Of a stretch of 64,000 nucleotides of DNA, positions 37,060 to 47,438 are shown in pieces. The position numbers and the translations under genes are program-made. The stretch is from IMG/VR virus record IMGVR_UViG_3300047160_002226, positions 1-64,000 of that record. One strand, written 5' to 3'. Below the pieces are notes generated by a model, which saw only the letters and a program-made list of their open reading frames with translations, was not told the origin of the DNA and did not search any database. Position 1 is the first letter of the stretch, and the number at the start of each line of letters is the position of its first letter. Source of the DNA: a virus.

Positions 37060-37578
37060 ATGGCTGCTACAAACACCCTTATCGTGAGTCCTCTTCTAAA
37101 TGCGGCTCTGTCCTGCTGCTCTGATATCGTAAACAAGTGCCTCGATGTCAGTAAGCCAGCTCTCAACGCGCAGCTCAATGCGTCACTCGATCTTGGCTCT
37201 GCTAGCGCTGGAGCAAAGACAGATAGCAATTCGTGTTTTCAGTTCACGTTGGATATAGCAGCGTCAGCAAACGCTCTTCCTCCTCTCGATCCAAACACTC
37301 TACAGCAGACAGTTCGTGCGCTTGCTGCTGAGGCTGAACCTACCGTCCCAGCAGGCAAGGTCCAGAAGGTCATGGGGCTCAATGAAGTGGCTGTGCCTGT
37401 AAACGGCATCCCCGTTCCAGAAGGAATGGTTGCCGTCACTATTCCGACTGGCAGTACGGCTGTAGTGCTAGGCGCTAATGATGTTCTGGCATCTCAGGTT
37501 GGTGGCTTCCGAACTGCTGCGCAAGGCTCAACAACGGTAACATCCGTTGGTGGGCAGATTACGCAGATCCAATACTGA
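37060..37578 (+). CDS. hypothetical protein, paralogue of 36464
   Basis: ALSCCSD...CL, A..LPPLDP.T and VPVNGIPVPEG. Confidence 0.65.
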   Translation: MAATNTLIVSPLLNAALSCCSDIVNKCLDVSKPALNAQLNASLDLGSASAGAKTDSNSCFQFTLDIAASANALPPLDPNTLQQTVRALAAEAEPTVPAGKVQKVMGLNEVAVPVNGIPVPEGMVAVTIPTGSTAVVLGANDVLASQVGGFRTAAQGSTTVTSVGGQITQIQY

Positions 37579-37589
37579 AAGGGCTGACA

Positions 37590-38321
37590 ATGGATGAATC
37601 GTACGGCGCTCAGACTACAGAAGGCAAGTCGATGAAGGATGCGGTCAAGAACGCTATTGCTGCCCGTATCTCCAAAGGCGACTTCAAGCTTACAGAGTCA
37701 CGTGAACCACAGTGGGGGCCACCTGCTGGGTTCCCAGGTTTTAATCAAGGAACACGTGCGGCACGTGCCCCACAACACGAAACAACGCTATCTGCTGGTG
37801 TTGGCGACTTCATGAAGAGCCAACTAGGCGAACAACCAATATACGCACGTAGACCGATTGAGCAATTGCAGCTCAGATCCTCTATCACTCAGCTCGAAGT
37901 TGCCATTTCCAACGTTCGTCGTCTTTTGGCTATGGCTAATACTAGGCTAGATACAGGAGAAGTATCGAGGCTGCAATCGGCAATAGCAGAACTCTCCGAA
38001 CGTATGATCGCGGGAACGTCGAATACTTTGCGTCCCGCGATTATCCAAGCGGGGATCCTAGAGTCTCGGTTTATAGCTGCGGCTGATCCAGAAACGGGCG
38101 AGGTTCTTTCGCCTGAGAATGATCTTGGCGCACGCTGGCGCCAGTGGATTGGAGAGGCTGGAGATCCAGAGACAGTGGACAACGTTGCAAACCAGCTTAG
38201 TTCTATTCCAGCGAATGTCGTATTCAATAACGTCGTAGCCGCTTGTGGTATGACGCATGATAGAGCCAAGCTCGAAACTCTAAATAAGGCTCATACATTC
38301 ATTCGGAGCTTGTTGACGTGA
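37590..38321 (+). CDS. hypothetical helical protein with LxE motifs
   Basis: KLTES, QLGE and ILES motifs. Confidence 0.6.
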   Translation: MDESYGAQTTEGKSMKDAVKNAIAARISKGDFKLTESREPQWGPPAGFPGFNQGTRAARAPQHETTLSAGVGDFMKSQLGEQPIYARRPIEQLQLRSSITQLEVAISNVRRLLAMANTRLDTGEVSRLQSAIAELSERMIAGTSNTLRPAIIQAGILESRFIAAADPETGEVLSPENDLGARWRQWIGEAGDPETVDNVANQLSSIPANVVFNNVVAACGMTHDRAKLETLNKAHTFIRSLLT

Positions 38322-38686
38322 AGACGTGTCGCGTCTGCCTCAAGGAGAAATCAGAAAGTTATTTCTCTAAAGGCGGAAGAACAGATAGTGGTAAACAACG
38401 TTATCAAACTATCTGTAGCTCTTGTTTTCAAGAGGCTTATGACGGACCTAGACATAAGCATCTCGACGCGCTAAGGGCTATTTGGAAGAATGTCCCATGT
38501 GCGGATTGTGGTGGATGGTTTCCGCCTGAGTGCATGGATTTTGACCATAGAGACCCATCGACTAAGCGATGCGCTGTGAGTCAGGCTAAGAGTGAGCGGG
38601 CACTTATGCACGAAATGGCGAAGTGCGAAGTCGTTTGTGCGAACTGCCATCGGATTAGGTCAAAGAAACAACTTCAAGAGAAATAA
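38318..38686 (+). mobile_element. free-standing HNH endonuclease
   Basis: CADCG...MDFDHRDP...EMAKCEVVCANCHRIR. Confidence 0.85.
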
Positions 38687-38701
38687 TAAGGAGAGATTAA
38701 C

Positions 38702-39022
38702 ATGGGATTGCCTCTTAGCGGTTTTGACTCCTTTGGTCAGGCCCTCCCCACCCATCCAGAAGATAACACAATCTTCCCGCAGGGTAACGCCCTTGGAATC
38801 CTTGGATTCTACGGAGTCCAGATCAAGCGTGGCGTGACCCTCGCGGCCACACTTGCAGCACTCGAAACGCTTGCTCCACCTGTCGGCACGCTTGTCTACG
38901 TGGTCGATGGTCGCAAGACAGACGAGGCTGCTGGTATGGGCACGGGTCTCCATGGATTCGTCGCTTCAAGCGGTCCAACGGTCATCAAGAACCTCGCGAC
39001 AGACCAGGTCATCCTGGCCTAA
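38702..39022 (+). CDS. small virion protein (possible capsid decoration)
   Basis: AAGGAG site; GTLVYVVDGRK..E.AG.GTG motif. Confidence 0.6.
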   Translation: MGLPLSGFDSFGQALPTHPEDNTIFPQGNALGILGFYGVQIKRGVTLAATLAALETLAPPVGTLVYVVDGRKTDEAAGMGTGLHGFVASSGPTVIKNLATDQVILA

Positions 39023-39042
39023 ATCGTTCTTGCTGGAACAAG

Positions 39043-39083
39043 CACCCTGGCACGGGCAACCGCGCCAGGGTGTCTCCATGTAC
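39043..39083 (+). promoter_or_regulatory. hairpin followed by TGTAC
   Basis: CACCCTGGC pairs with GCCAGGGTG around a GCAA loop; TGTAC at 39079-39083. Confidence 0.5.
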
Positions 39084-39422
39084 ATGAACGAGCCCAAACC
39101 GCTCAACGAAGAGCTTCCGCCTGGCTACTCTACTGACGGTCTTCGTCTTGAAGAAGGCCAACAGCTCTCTTCACTTGAACCTCTGTTCATTGCACCACCT
39201 CCTGACAAGTCAGAAGAAGCGGTGCTGAACCTAGATCAAGCCATAGACAGAGCCGTCTCATCGTTTGAGGAAATCGAGCGTTCGGTTGCCTACTTGAAGA
39301 CGAAGCTGGAGCATCCTGACCAACTTACGGCGCTCAATGAAATGCAAGCTCTCATCGATGAGGCACTTGCTCCGTATCTCGATGAGCTAGCCGAACAGTA
39401 TCGTCGGATAACTGACGCATAG
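39078..39422 (+). CDS. acidic coiled-coil protein
   Basis: Start at ATG 39078 or 39084 is more plausible than the ORF-track TTG at 38853; PLNEE and RLEE motifs. Confidence 0.6.
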   Translation: MYMNEPKPLNEELPPGYSTDGLRLEEGQQLSSLEPLFIAPPPDKSEEAVLNLDQAIDRAVSSFEEIERSVAYLKTKLEHPDQLTALNEMQALIDEALAPYLDELAEQYRRITDA

Positions 39423-39434
39423 AGAGTGTGAGCC

Positions 39435-39812
39435 ATGTCCGCACCCATCATCAACGTAGGCGTCGATAGCAGAGGTCGCTTGATTTACCAGGAAGAGAAC
39501 CTGGAGCCTATCGTCATCAAGCCTCTTGCCGATCTCTTTCTCCAGAACCTTAGCTCCATCACTTCCTTCCGTTTCACGCTGCCGTCAGGCGCGACTGACC
39601 AGGAAGTCGTTTTTGCTCCTGCTATCACATCAGCACGAGCACTTATCATTTTCACTGCAGCAGACATCACGTTCAAGGTGAACTCGATTGGATCTTCTCC
39701 GATCCCGTGTAATCCATACGCGATCATGCTTGGAGATAATTGCGGTATCACGAACCTGTATCTCACCAATCTTGGAACACCAGTTGACGTTATGGTCTGG
39801 GTTGGAGCCTAA
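39435..39812 (+). CDS. small beta-rich virion protein
   Basis: Jelly-roll-like composition; ITNLYLTN. Confidence 0.6.
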   Translation: MSAPIINVGVDSRGRLIYQEENLEPIVIKPLADLFLQNLSSITSFRFTLPSGATDQEVVFAPAITSARALIIFTAADITFKVNSIGSSPIPCNPYAIMLGDNCGITNLYLTNLGTPVDVMVWVGA

Positions 39813-39814
39813 CG

Positions 39815-40273
39815 ATGGATCATGAGATGACACAACAGGAGTGGAACTCCTACCAGGTCTTCGCTCCAGAGCTTCTTCAACACATCCAGCGTGTGATGCA
39901 CGGCACGCCTGTAGAGGTCGTCGTTGGCGATATGCTCCACGAGGATGAGGAAGAAGAAAAGAAGAAGAAGGGCGAAGAGCACGGTGAAGACGATCCATCT
40001 CATCGTTATCGCTACAAAACCCACCTTGGTCGATTCCTTGGCGGCGAATATCACAGGACTGGACGTATCGCGAAGGTCAAGAAGAACATCCAGCACGACA
40101 TAGGGCACGTTGCTGGACAGAAGTTCGCTAAGACAAGGGAGAGGTGGCGCGAGGTTTCTACGCATCGCAAGCAACTTGCTGCAGCGTTCGTCAAGCACCC
40201 GTTGACACACGTTCTAGCCAAGAAGGTCGGAAAGGCTAGTATCGAGGTCATCAAGGGCCTCAAAGGCAAGTAA
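39815..40273 (+). CDS. tag + acidic spacer + cationic cargo protein
   Basis: IQRVMHGTPVEVVVGDMLHE, then EDEEEE, then a Lys/Arg/His-rich C-terminus. Confidence 0.65.
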   Translation: MDHEMTQQEWNSYQVFAPELLQHIQRVMHGTPVEVVVGDMLHEDEEEEKKKKGEEHGEDDPSHRYRYKTHLGRFLGGEYHRTGRIAKVKKNIQHDIGHVAGQKFAKTRERWREVSTHRKQLAAAFVKHPLTHVLAKKVGKASIEVIKGLKGK

Positions 40274-40275
40274 CT

Positions 40276-40683
40276 ATGGGCAAGAACCTCGATGAAGGCT
40301 TCGGAGCGGTCTATGCCCACTACTACGCTAACCAAGATGATTGGGTAGGTGGTCCTGTGTGGCGAGAGAATCCACTTCTTGAGAAACACATTCGTGCGTT
40401 CGCCAAGGGCGGTATCCCGACGCTCACAGCAGTTGGCCTCCTCATGAACCCAGAACAGCCGCTCCAAGAGCAGCAGCTTGATGAGCAAGGTCAACATCAC
40501 TTCGCAGCTATCTACGACAACTACTTCGTTGCTCCCGCGCGCCGTTACCACGGCGTTCAGAATCCGCTCGGAGCCCTTGATGGCGACCATGATCCACTCG
40601 AACCCTCACCAGTGAAGCGAGCTATTGAGACATACCTACGAGGTCGCAGTGCTGGCGAGGTCGTAGGGTCGATGCTTTCGTAA
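40276..40683 (+). CDS. small protein with LxE motifs and a C-terminal tag
   Basis: NLDE, PLLE and QLDE; ends AIETYLRGRSAGEVVGSMLS. Confidence 0.65.
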   Translation: MGKNLDEGFGAVYAHYYANQDDWVGGPVWRENPLLEKHIRAFAKGGIPTLTAVGLLMNPEQPLQEQQLDEQGQHHFAAIYDNYFVAPARRYHGVQNPLGALDGDHDPLEPSPVKRAIETYLRGRSAGEVVGSMLS

Positions 40684-40698
40684 GGATGGGCCACTGAT

Positions 40699-42072
40699 AT
40701 GCCTCTGACCGCAACGCCGACTGTATTTCAGATACCTTTCCATCCTGACCTTAGTACGAAGGTCGAGACAACGTCTCCACGTCAAGCCTACGATGGATCG
40801 AACTTCGCAAACAATGGCGATATGGTCCATCTTGGTGTCGGTACGACGATCTACGACAATCCAACGATTGTCACACTAGCCCGCACAGGAAATACAGCCT
40901 CGATCAACCCAACGACAGGGCAGCTTTCCCTGTCAGCCGCTAATATCGCGGCTTTCGGTGATGTTGGTCTCCAAGTTTCTCAGTCTCGAACGAACCTGCT
41001 GTCCACGTCCAACATGGATATCGACGGTGGCGGCGGTGTTCCTATCAGTTTCCTACAAAGCGTTACGCCTGGCCCTGCCACGATCATCACAACACAGGCA
41101 ATTGTTCCTGGTGCTGGACCTGGGTACAGCAATAGTGCTATCCATTATGTCGTCAACAATACGACTGGCTCAACTCAGACGATTACACTTTTCCAAGGGC
41201 CATTCTCAGGCACCCTCAACCAGTGGTTCTCAGCTCAAGCACGGGTCAAGATCGTCTCTCAGACAAACGTGACAGGTGTGTATCTGACCGTGCATGACGT
41301 TCAGAACGCCATATCACAGAATACTCCGTCCAATCTCTCTAACCTCGGCAATTGGCAGCTTGTGAACAGCTCTCTCCAGCTCACGGTTGGCGCATCAACG
41401 AACCTCCGCTGGGAAATGAATGCTGTTATTTTGGCTGGCGGAACGCTTGAGTTCTACATCACGAACAGTCAGCTTGCTTCCGATGTACCGTGGACGACTC
41501 ACTACGTTCCGTCCGCTGCTGGTCCAACTCTTCGAGGTGCGGACGTAGTCAACGTGACCAACAGTTGGTATACGCCAGCGAACGTGTGGACCATTGATTT
41601 CCGCGCCCTTGCTCCTCTCAACGCTACTGTTCCGAATGCTTCGCAGCTTATGTACTTGTTCTCGTCTTACAACGGCACACAAGGATCATCTATCTTTATG
41701 AATACTGTCAATACGCTTACATGGCGTATCGACAACAGCGGTGTTTTCACTGATCTGACGCTTACCTCTACCGCTGGCGGGCCTCTAGGACTCACTCCAT
41801 GGCGTGTATGGTTCATTTCACGGCCTGATCCGCTTCCAGCAGTAACGTTCAATCGTATGCTGGCTCTTGAACGACTTGACTCTGGAGTTCTCGTGACTCC
41901 TGTGACCAGCTCAGGTGAAGCCGCTGTGCCGTTCACTGGAACGACGCTCAAGCTTGGACGCGACAACACGGACGCGAACAACTTCGAGGGCTTCATTGGT
42001 CGGTTCACGTATTGGGGAGCCAGGTCAAATGTTTCGCTGTCCCGCACGGTCAATGGCTGGCCGTTCCCGTAA
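40699..42072 (+). CDS. head spike/fibre-like protein with a lectin-like C-terminus
   Basis: ARTG.....NP.TG....A..N.A.F...GL.V..SRTNLL..S and T.Y.P......TR.AD motifs. Confidence 0.65.
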   Translation: MPLTATPTVFQIPFHPDLSTKVETTSPRQAYDGSNFANNGDMVHLGVGTTIYDNPTIVTLARTGNTASINPTTGQLSLSAANIAAFGDVGLQVSQSRTNLLSTSNMDIDGGGGVPISFLQSVTPGPATIITTQAIVPGAGPGYSNSAIHYVVNNTTGSTQTITLFQGPFSGTLNQWFSAQARVKIVSQTNVTGVYLTVHDVQNAISQNTPSNLSNLGNWQLVNSSLQLTVGASTNLRWEMNAVILAGGTLEFYITNSQLASDVPWTTHYVPSAAGPTLRGADVVNVTNSWYTPANVWTIDFRALAPLNATVPNASQLMYLFSSYNGTQGSSIFMNTVNTLTWRIDNSGVFTDLTLTSTAGGPLGLTPWRVWFISRPDPLPAVTFNRMLALERLDSGVLVTPVTSSGEAAVPFTGTTLKLGRDNTDANNFEGFIGRFTYWGARSNVSLSRTVNGWPFP

Positions 42073-42085
42073 GAGGTTGTAAGCG

Positions 42086-43624
42086 ATGCCTATTTCAATT
42101 CCAGCATACGGCGGTGAAGACCTTGTCAGCTTGCCGACAACGCTCGACAAGCACATCTTCCTGTTCTCGGATCTCCAATCCCGCGTCAGGACGGCAGGGG
42201 TACTGCTACGTTCTGTGTCTGGCACGATCACCACTGTTGGAACCGCCGTTACTGGTACTGGCACCAGCTTCCAGTCTCAGTTGCAGGTCGGGGATTACAT
42301 AGGAAACGCAACTGTAGGATTCCGTAAGATAACACTCATCACGAGCAACGTCGCACTTACGATCTTGAGTGCGTTCCTCCCAGACCTCACATCTTCCACA
42401 ACCGTGCAGGCTACAGCGTTTTCACTTGCTACGGCTTACAGTGCAAAGGTCATTGGTCCTGACAACCAAGCTGTTACCAGAACGAGTAACAACTTGACCT
42501 ATGTTGATCCTGGGACGAAACTTATCACGCTGGCCCAGAACAATATCCCTCGTTTCGAGGCTGCAGGGCTTAATCTAGAACCAGAGTCAATATCACAGCT
42601 TTGTCAGAGCACAGCAGCTTTCTCGTCAGCTCCGTGGGTCACGCAAGGTGGTCTGACAGTTACAGCACCGCCAGGAACGATCTTCGCTCCAGATGGAACG
42701 AGTACTGCTTGGCAACTAAATAATCCATCCGCTGGGTCAAAGCAGCTTTTCCAGCAGATACAGAGTTTCCCTGGAAACGATACCTTCTCGTTTTCAGTTT
42801 ATCTCATGCCAGTTCCAGGCGATCTTAGCCCACCGAAGATAAACCTGTATGGCATCTTCCAGCAGGGTATCGGTTCGCCACAAACTTTTCCAAACCCTCT
42901 AATCGACATCACATTGCTTCCGAATTCAGGATGGCGTCGATATGACGTGATCATCCCCGTAGGCATTTTCAATTCTTGCAAGGCTTACATCCAGGTTCAG
43001 AATCCAGGGGCAGGAGCGAAGGCTGTATATGCCTGGGGAGCACAGTTCACGGAAAGCACAGCTACATTCTCGTATCGCCCTCGTGGAACAAATGCAGCCG
43101 CTATTGATGGACAGGAGCGACTTACATATCCTATCGAAGCTTTCGGACTACAGCCGAATTCTCAGGATGTCACGTTCATCTGGGAATTCATTCCAATCGG
43201 AGATCCTGGTTTTCATTATCCTCTTTGCGCAATCGGTGGCGGTGCTAGTGATCCGCTGCTGACCAATATGTTCACACTAGGCACGAAGTTTATCGGCTTC
43301 GGTGGAACCGATCTTCCAAGCAACAACGGTCTTGCTCTCTACGACGAAGTTTCAGCCGTTCCAGTAACATACGTGAGTCCTACAACCTACACTTGGAGCA
43401 GATACAGCTTGCAAAGGTGGGCCTGGAAGATCTTCAACGCAGGGCAGGCTGTCTCCTTCTTTGCGAACGGTCTGTTTCTCGGGACTCAGACTTTTCCTCC
43501 GTTGCCTACTGATGGTGGTTACACGAAGTTCGCCTTCGTCAACGGGGCTATCCAGAGGAAGCTAGAGATGTATCCGTATCTCTTCACGGATGCGAATCTC
43601 CAAGACATCACGACGGTGAGTTAG
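42086..43624 (+). CDS. head spike/fibre-like protein
   Basis: TRTS...TYVD.....LA..N.PRFE..GL.LEP and YAWGAQF.E motifs. Confidence 0.65.
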   Translation: MPISIPAYGGEDLVSLPTTLDKHIFLFSDLQSRVRTAGVLLRSVSGTITTVGTAVTGTGTSFQSQLQVGDYIGNATVGFRKITLITSNVALTILSAFLPDLTSSTTVQATAFSLATAYSAKVIGPDNQAVTRTSNNLTYVDPGTKLITLAQNNIPRFEAAGLNLEPESISQLCQSTAAFSSAPWVTQGGLTVTAPPGTIFAPDGTSTAWQLNNPSAGSKQLFQQIQSFPGNDTFSFSVYLMPVPGDLSPPKINLYGIFQQGIGSPQTFPNPLIDITLLPNSGWRRYDVIIPVGIFNSCKAYIQVQNPGAGAKAVYAWGAQFTESTATFSYRPRGTNAAAIDGQERLTYPIEAFGLQPNSQDVTFIWEFIPIGDPGFHYPLCAIGGGASDPLLTNMFTLGTKFIGFGGTDLPSNNGLALYDEVSAVPVTYVSPTTYTWSRYSLQRWAWKIFNAGQAVSFFANGLFLGTQTFPPLPTDGGYTKFAFVNGAIQRKLEMYPYLFTDANLQDITTVS

Positions 43625-43627
43625 CCC

Positions 43628-44059
43628 ATGCAATATCTCGATGGAAGTCTCTCGAAGACGTATACTCCGATTCCTGCCGCATACACAGGAGCTAACGATC
43701 TTCTTTCGATGCGTACACGTGGGCAGGTTATCGTTCTCGTCAACTACACGAAAGGCTCAGAGCCAGGACTTGAACTCATAGTAGAGATCTCTCCAGATCC
43801 GACTGGAGCTACTTCGTTTTACCAAACGGTCGAGATGACATCATCAGGACTGTCATTCGATGTAGGGCCTGTATCCTACGTCTTTGCTGTAACTGGCCTG
43901 TATCAGCTCCCGATTCCCACGGTGATGCGCGCCCAGCGGATGAGGCTCCAGGTTCGTGGAACAGGCGGCGTTGCTGGTAATGGAACCGCAATCATGCGGG
44001 TAATTGACGATTCTGCTTTCGGAACAGATCCACTACTCAATCCTCCGCTTGGACCATAA
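43628..44059 (+). CDS. hypothetical virion protein
   Basis: Tightly packed; beta-rich. Confidence 0.6.
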   Translation: MQYLDGSLSKTYTPIPAAYTGANDLLSMRTRGQVIVLVNYTKGSEPGLELIVEISPDPTGATSFYQTVEMTSSGLSFDVGPVSYVFAVTGLYQLPIPTVMRAQRMRLQVRGTGGVAGNGTAIMRVIDDSAFGTDPLLNPPLGP

Positions 44060-44071
44060 AGGATGTGAACC

Positions 44072-45037
44072 ATGGGTCGCCCGTTCTCGCTGCGTGGGCG
44101 GTTCAATGCGGTTCGGACGGGCGATGGATCTGGAAGCGTCACTGTCACCTCCATTGGGGATCCTGTCCAAGATCTCCCAGCTCTTGCAGCAATCCCTCCT
44201 ACAGATCGTTCCAATGGTCAGCTCCGCGTTGTGCTCACACCTGGCGGCGGGATCTACGGGGCTCTTTACGTCTTCTCAGAAGATGCTCCGAGCGGCGACG
44301 TTATCCCAAACGTCGGTACTGGCTTCTGGCTCGCTGTTCAGTCAGGTGGAGGCGGTGGTCCGTCCACGCCAGTCTCTCAGATCGTGACCTTCCAGACGCC
44401 GTTCGCTTACACGTCTGCGAATCCGCTAGATTTTGGCAGCTTGATCGCTCAAGATGAGATTTTCGTATCGGAAATTGTTATAGACACAGCATTCGATGAT
44501 CCTGGTTCTATGTTGTCTCTCGGGCTTGTTAGCAGCCCTGGAAACATTTTGCCTATTGATGCTAATGACCCTACGGTTCTCGGCACATACACGAGTCCAG
44601 AGAATATCTTGGTCTCTGGTTTCGATGCATTTCGGCTACAGATTCTTCCAGGGGCTTCCACTCAAGGTCAAGGTCGTTCGCTCGCCCTAGCTCGCAGGCT
44701 CACCCCCGTTCCAAGTACGCTGATGACCTTCGAGACGCAGTTTGTTTACTCGACACCAAGTCCATTTGATTTCAGCATCCTCAATCCCAACGACGAGATC
44801 ATCTCGGCTGAGATCATCATCTCCACGCCATTCAATGATGCGTCTGCCACTATCTCACTTGGGCAGACTTCTAATCCTGGCAACCTTCTGTCTCTAATTG
44901 ATGCGAGCGTAGCTGGAACTGTGCGTAGCGCTGAAAACGTTCTCGTTACAGCTTCGGATTCGCTCAGGGTCCAGATTTTCCCTGGAACGGCGACTCAAGG
45001 TACAGGCCGTATTTTTGTCATAGTTCGGAGGCTATAA
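44072..45037 (+). CDS. virion protein with two tandem beta-sandwich repeats
   Basis: TF.T.F.Y.....DF..L...DEI...EI.I.T.F.D occurs twice. Confidence 0.7.
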   Translation: MGRPFSLRGRFNAVRTGDGSGSVTVTSIGDPVQDLPALAAIPPTDRSNGQLRVVLTPGGGIYGALYVFSEDAPSGDVIPNVGTGFWLAVQSGGGGGPSTPVSQIVTFQTPFAYTSANPLDFGSLIAQDEIFVSEIVIDTAFDDPGSMLSLGLVSSPGNILPIDANDPTVLGTYTSPENILVSGFDAFRLQILPGASTQGQGRSLALARRLTPVPSTLMTFETQFVYSTPSPFDFSILNPNDEIISAEIIISTPFNDASATISLGQTSNPGNLLSLIDASVAGTVRSAENVLVTASDSLRVQIFPGTATQGTGRIFVIVRRL

Positions 45038-45041
45038 GGTT

Positions 45042-45584
45042 ATGTCTTACTTCGAGAAGCTACGTGGCACCTTTGAGACGATCTTCCAGATCGGCAAGGC
45101 TGGCCCAAATATCAAGAACAACTCAGGAGTCATTGAGAATCGAAACAATGCCGACAGTGGGTTCGTTGTTGTTCGTGGTGCCGATCCCGTCGCCGCCAAC
45201 GACCTCCTCACTCTCCAGTACTTCAACGCTCATAACGCTGGTGCTGCGGGTTGGGAAGCTGTAGCACTTACGCTTGGCACGAGTAGCGTTGTGTCTACTG
45301 CGGCACTTCCTGATAGCTCAACAATCTTCAAGGCTATCTTGGACGTTACGACCGCATATGACCCTGGAACAACGTGGACCTTCAAGCGTACAGGCGATGC
45401 AACGAAGGTTCTCCAGGCCGTAAGCGATAATGATCCTACGGTCATCGGCACATACGAAGTTCCCCAGGTGTTGAATTGGGGTACTACGGGTGCTGGAACC
45501 GTGACGGCCACAATCGGTGGAACTCCTGCGGCTGGCGTTGCTACACTCTACATCATCTACTCAACGCCAATCAGCATCAACTAA
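45042..45584 (+). CDS. virion protein related to the 44072 repeat
   Basis: LDVTTAYD...NDPTVIGTY matches the 44072 repeat. Confidence 0.65.
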   Translation: MSYFEKLRGTFETIFQIGKAGPNIKNNSGVIENRNNADSGFVVVRGADPVAANDLLTLQYFNAHNAGAAGWEAVALTLGTSSVVSTAALPDSSTIFKAILDVTTAYDPGTTWTFKRTGDATKVLQAVSDNDPTVIGTYEVPQVLNWGTTGAGTVTATIGGTPAAGVATLYIIYSTPISIN

Positions 45585-45609
45585 GCTGTGAAGGTGCTAA
45601 GGTGAACCT

Positions 45610-46131
45610 GTGGCGCTCAGGGCCTACACCGAAAATCGCCATTCTAACTCTGTTAGCCATACCTCCGACCCGACATCAGCAAACGATAGCTCACAAGGCT
45701 ACGCTGTCGGGTCGGAGTGGGTTAACAAGACACTAGGGACCGTCTGGTTTTGCGTTAGCGCAGCGGTCGGCGCCGCCGTCTGGAAGCCAAGTCCAGCGAC
45801 CTACCAGTTGAACCTGGGAGGACGACTTGACATCCCTACTCTTCCTCTCTCGGGTGTAGGGATAGAGCTTTCTGATGGAGCCTATGTCCTCACGTACTTC
45901 CAAGCTCGGCGCGGTACTGCAGGAACCTCTGGAACTACGACGATACAGCTAGAACTCAATGGAGCAGTGGTGGGTGGAGCAACTCTATCGTGGACTGGAG
46001 GCACAGACGCGAATAACGCGCTCAAAAACGTGGCGATAAGCCAGGTCATAGCTCTTGGCGATAGAATCTCTTTTCGCCTTACTGCGATTGAAGCTGGTTC
46101 CCCCCAAGACATCTATGCGCAGGTCTGGTAA
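45610..46131 (+). CDS. virion protein
   Basis: DPT.ANDS.QGY.VGS.W.N......W.C..A..GAAVW, a common phage fibre repeat. Confidence 0.7.
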   Translation: MALRAYTENRHSNSVSHTSDPTSANDSSQGYAVGSEWVNKTLGTVWFCVSAAVGAAVWKPSPATYQLNLGGRLDIPTLPLSGVGIELSDGAYVLTYFQARRGTAGTSGTTTIQLELNGAVVGGATLSWTGGTDANNALKNVAISQVIALGDRISFRLTAIEAGSPQDIYAQVW

Positions 46132-47438
46132 TGAGCACAACCATCATTGATACGCTCTACGCCATAGGTGACACCCTCAGCGGCAAGTTCATGCGCATCA
46201 TGGGTGGCAGGCAGGATACTGGAACTGCCACGGCGATGCGCGTTGATCCGCTTGGTCAATTTTACGCTCTACCAGGACGTGGGAACGCTACTACTTATAG
46301 TAGATTTAATGTTACCCAACCTCAAATCATAGTTGACGCGAAACAGATTCTCGATAATGCGCCACTTGTGCTTGATACACAGCTCGTAGGCGCTGGAACA
46401 GCAACATACTCACTAGCCACCGCTTCGACAACGATGTCCCTTACTACAGCAAGTGGCGACAGCGTCGTTCGTCAGACGAAGCAATATGCCATCTATGACC
46501 CTGGTAAGGGCGTTCGCTGCATGATGACTGGTGTGATGCCACCAGCTAAGGCGAACGTAATAGGTCGTATCGGCTATTTTGACGCAAACAATGGCTTCTA
46601 CTTCCAGATGGATAGCACGGGGGCGTCCGTTGGCGTCCGTACAGATACTTCTGGTGCTGCTGTTGATACTCTTGTTGCACAAGCTAGCTGGAATCTTGAC
46701 CCGCTGAATGGTACTGGTTCATCTGGGATAACGGTAGATTTCACGAAAATCCAGGTGTTCGTCTTTGACTTCGGTTGGCTAGGCGGCGCAGGGGTCAAAT
46801 TCGGCTTTCTTCTTGGTGACAGAATTATTTTCTGTCATCGTTACGATTCTGCAAACACACTAGCTCTTCCTTACATCGGCCAGCCACAACTTCCCATGAG
46901 ATGGGAGATCACGAATACTGCTGCTGCTGCATCTGCTACTACGATGCTCCAGGTCAGTGGTGTGGTTCAGACTACTGCTGACATCGCTACTCGCGGATAT
47001 CTCGGTTCTGCTGCTAATACGACAGCGAGAACTGTCGCCGCCGTTCCTTTCCCGATACTATCTATACGCTTGAAACCAGCATATATCCGTGCAACGGTCT
47101 ATCCACTCGAATGGGGCGCAGCCACGGGTAACATCGGTATGCTTGGGCAATTGGTTCTCAATGGTACGTTGACAGGAGCGACGTTCGCCGTTACTGGATC
47201 AACGGCTGTTGATGTTGATATAGCTGCCACAGCTATCTCTGGCGGTCAAGCTATAGATGCAGCGGTCTGCACAAATAACGGCGACCGAACGATATCAGAA
47301 GTTCTTCCAGCTTACGGTGGTCCAGTGTTGGCTTCAAACATCGCTGGAACATCTGACATCTTGTCAGTTGTTCTCACGAATACTGGTGGTGGTAATGCCC
47401 TGACCAATGCCTTTCTTACTTGGCGGGAGATGTACTGA
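46131..47438 (+). CDS. conserved large-phage virion structural protein
   Basis: VRQT..Y..Y.PGK, R.GYFD..NG.YF, QASWN.D.L.G.G.SG and W.G.G.V motifs. Confidence 0.75.
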   Translation: MSTTIIDTLYAIGDTLSGKFMRIMGGRQDTGTATAMRVDPLGQFYALPGRGNATTYSRFNVTQPQIIVDAKQILDNAPLVLDTQLVGAGTATYSLATASTTMSLTTASGDSVVRQTKQYAIYDPGKGVRCMMTGVMPPAKANVIGRIGYFDANNGFYFQMDSTGASVGVRTDTSGAAVDTLVAQASWNLDPLNGTGSSGITVDFTKIQVFVFDFGWLGGAGVKFGFLLGDRIIFCHRYDSANTLALPYIGQPQLPMRWEITNTAAAASATTMLQVSGVVQTTADIATRGYLGSAANTTARTVAAVPFPILSIRLKPAYIRATVYPLEWGAATGNIGMLGQLVLNGTLTGATFAVTGSTAVDVDIAATAISGGQAIDAAVCTNNGDRTISEVLPAYGGPVLASNIAGTSDILSVVLTNTGGGNALTNAFLTWREMY

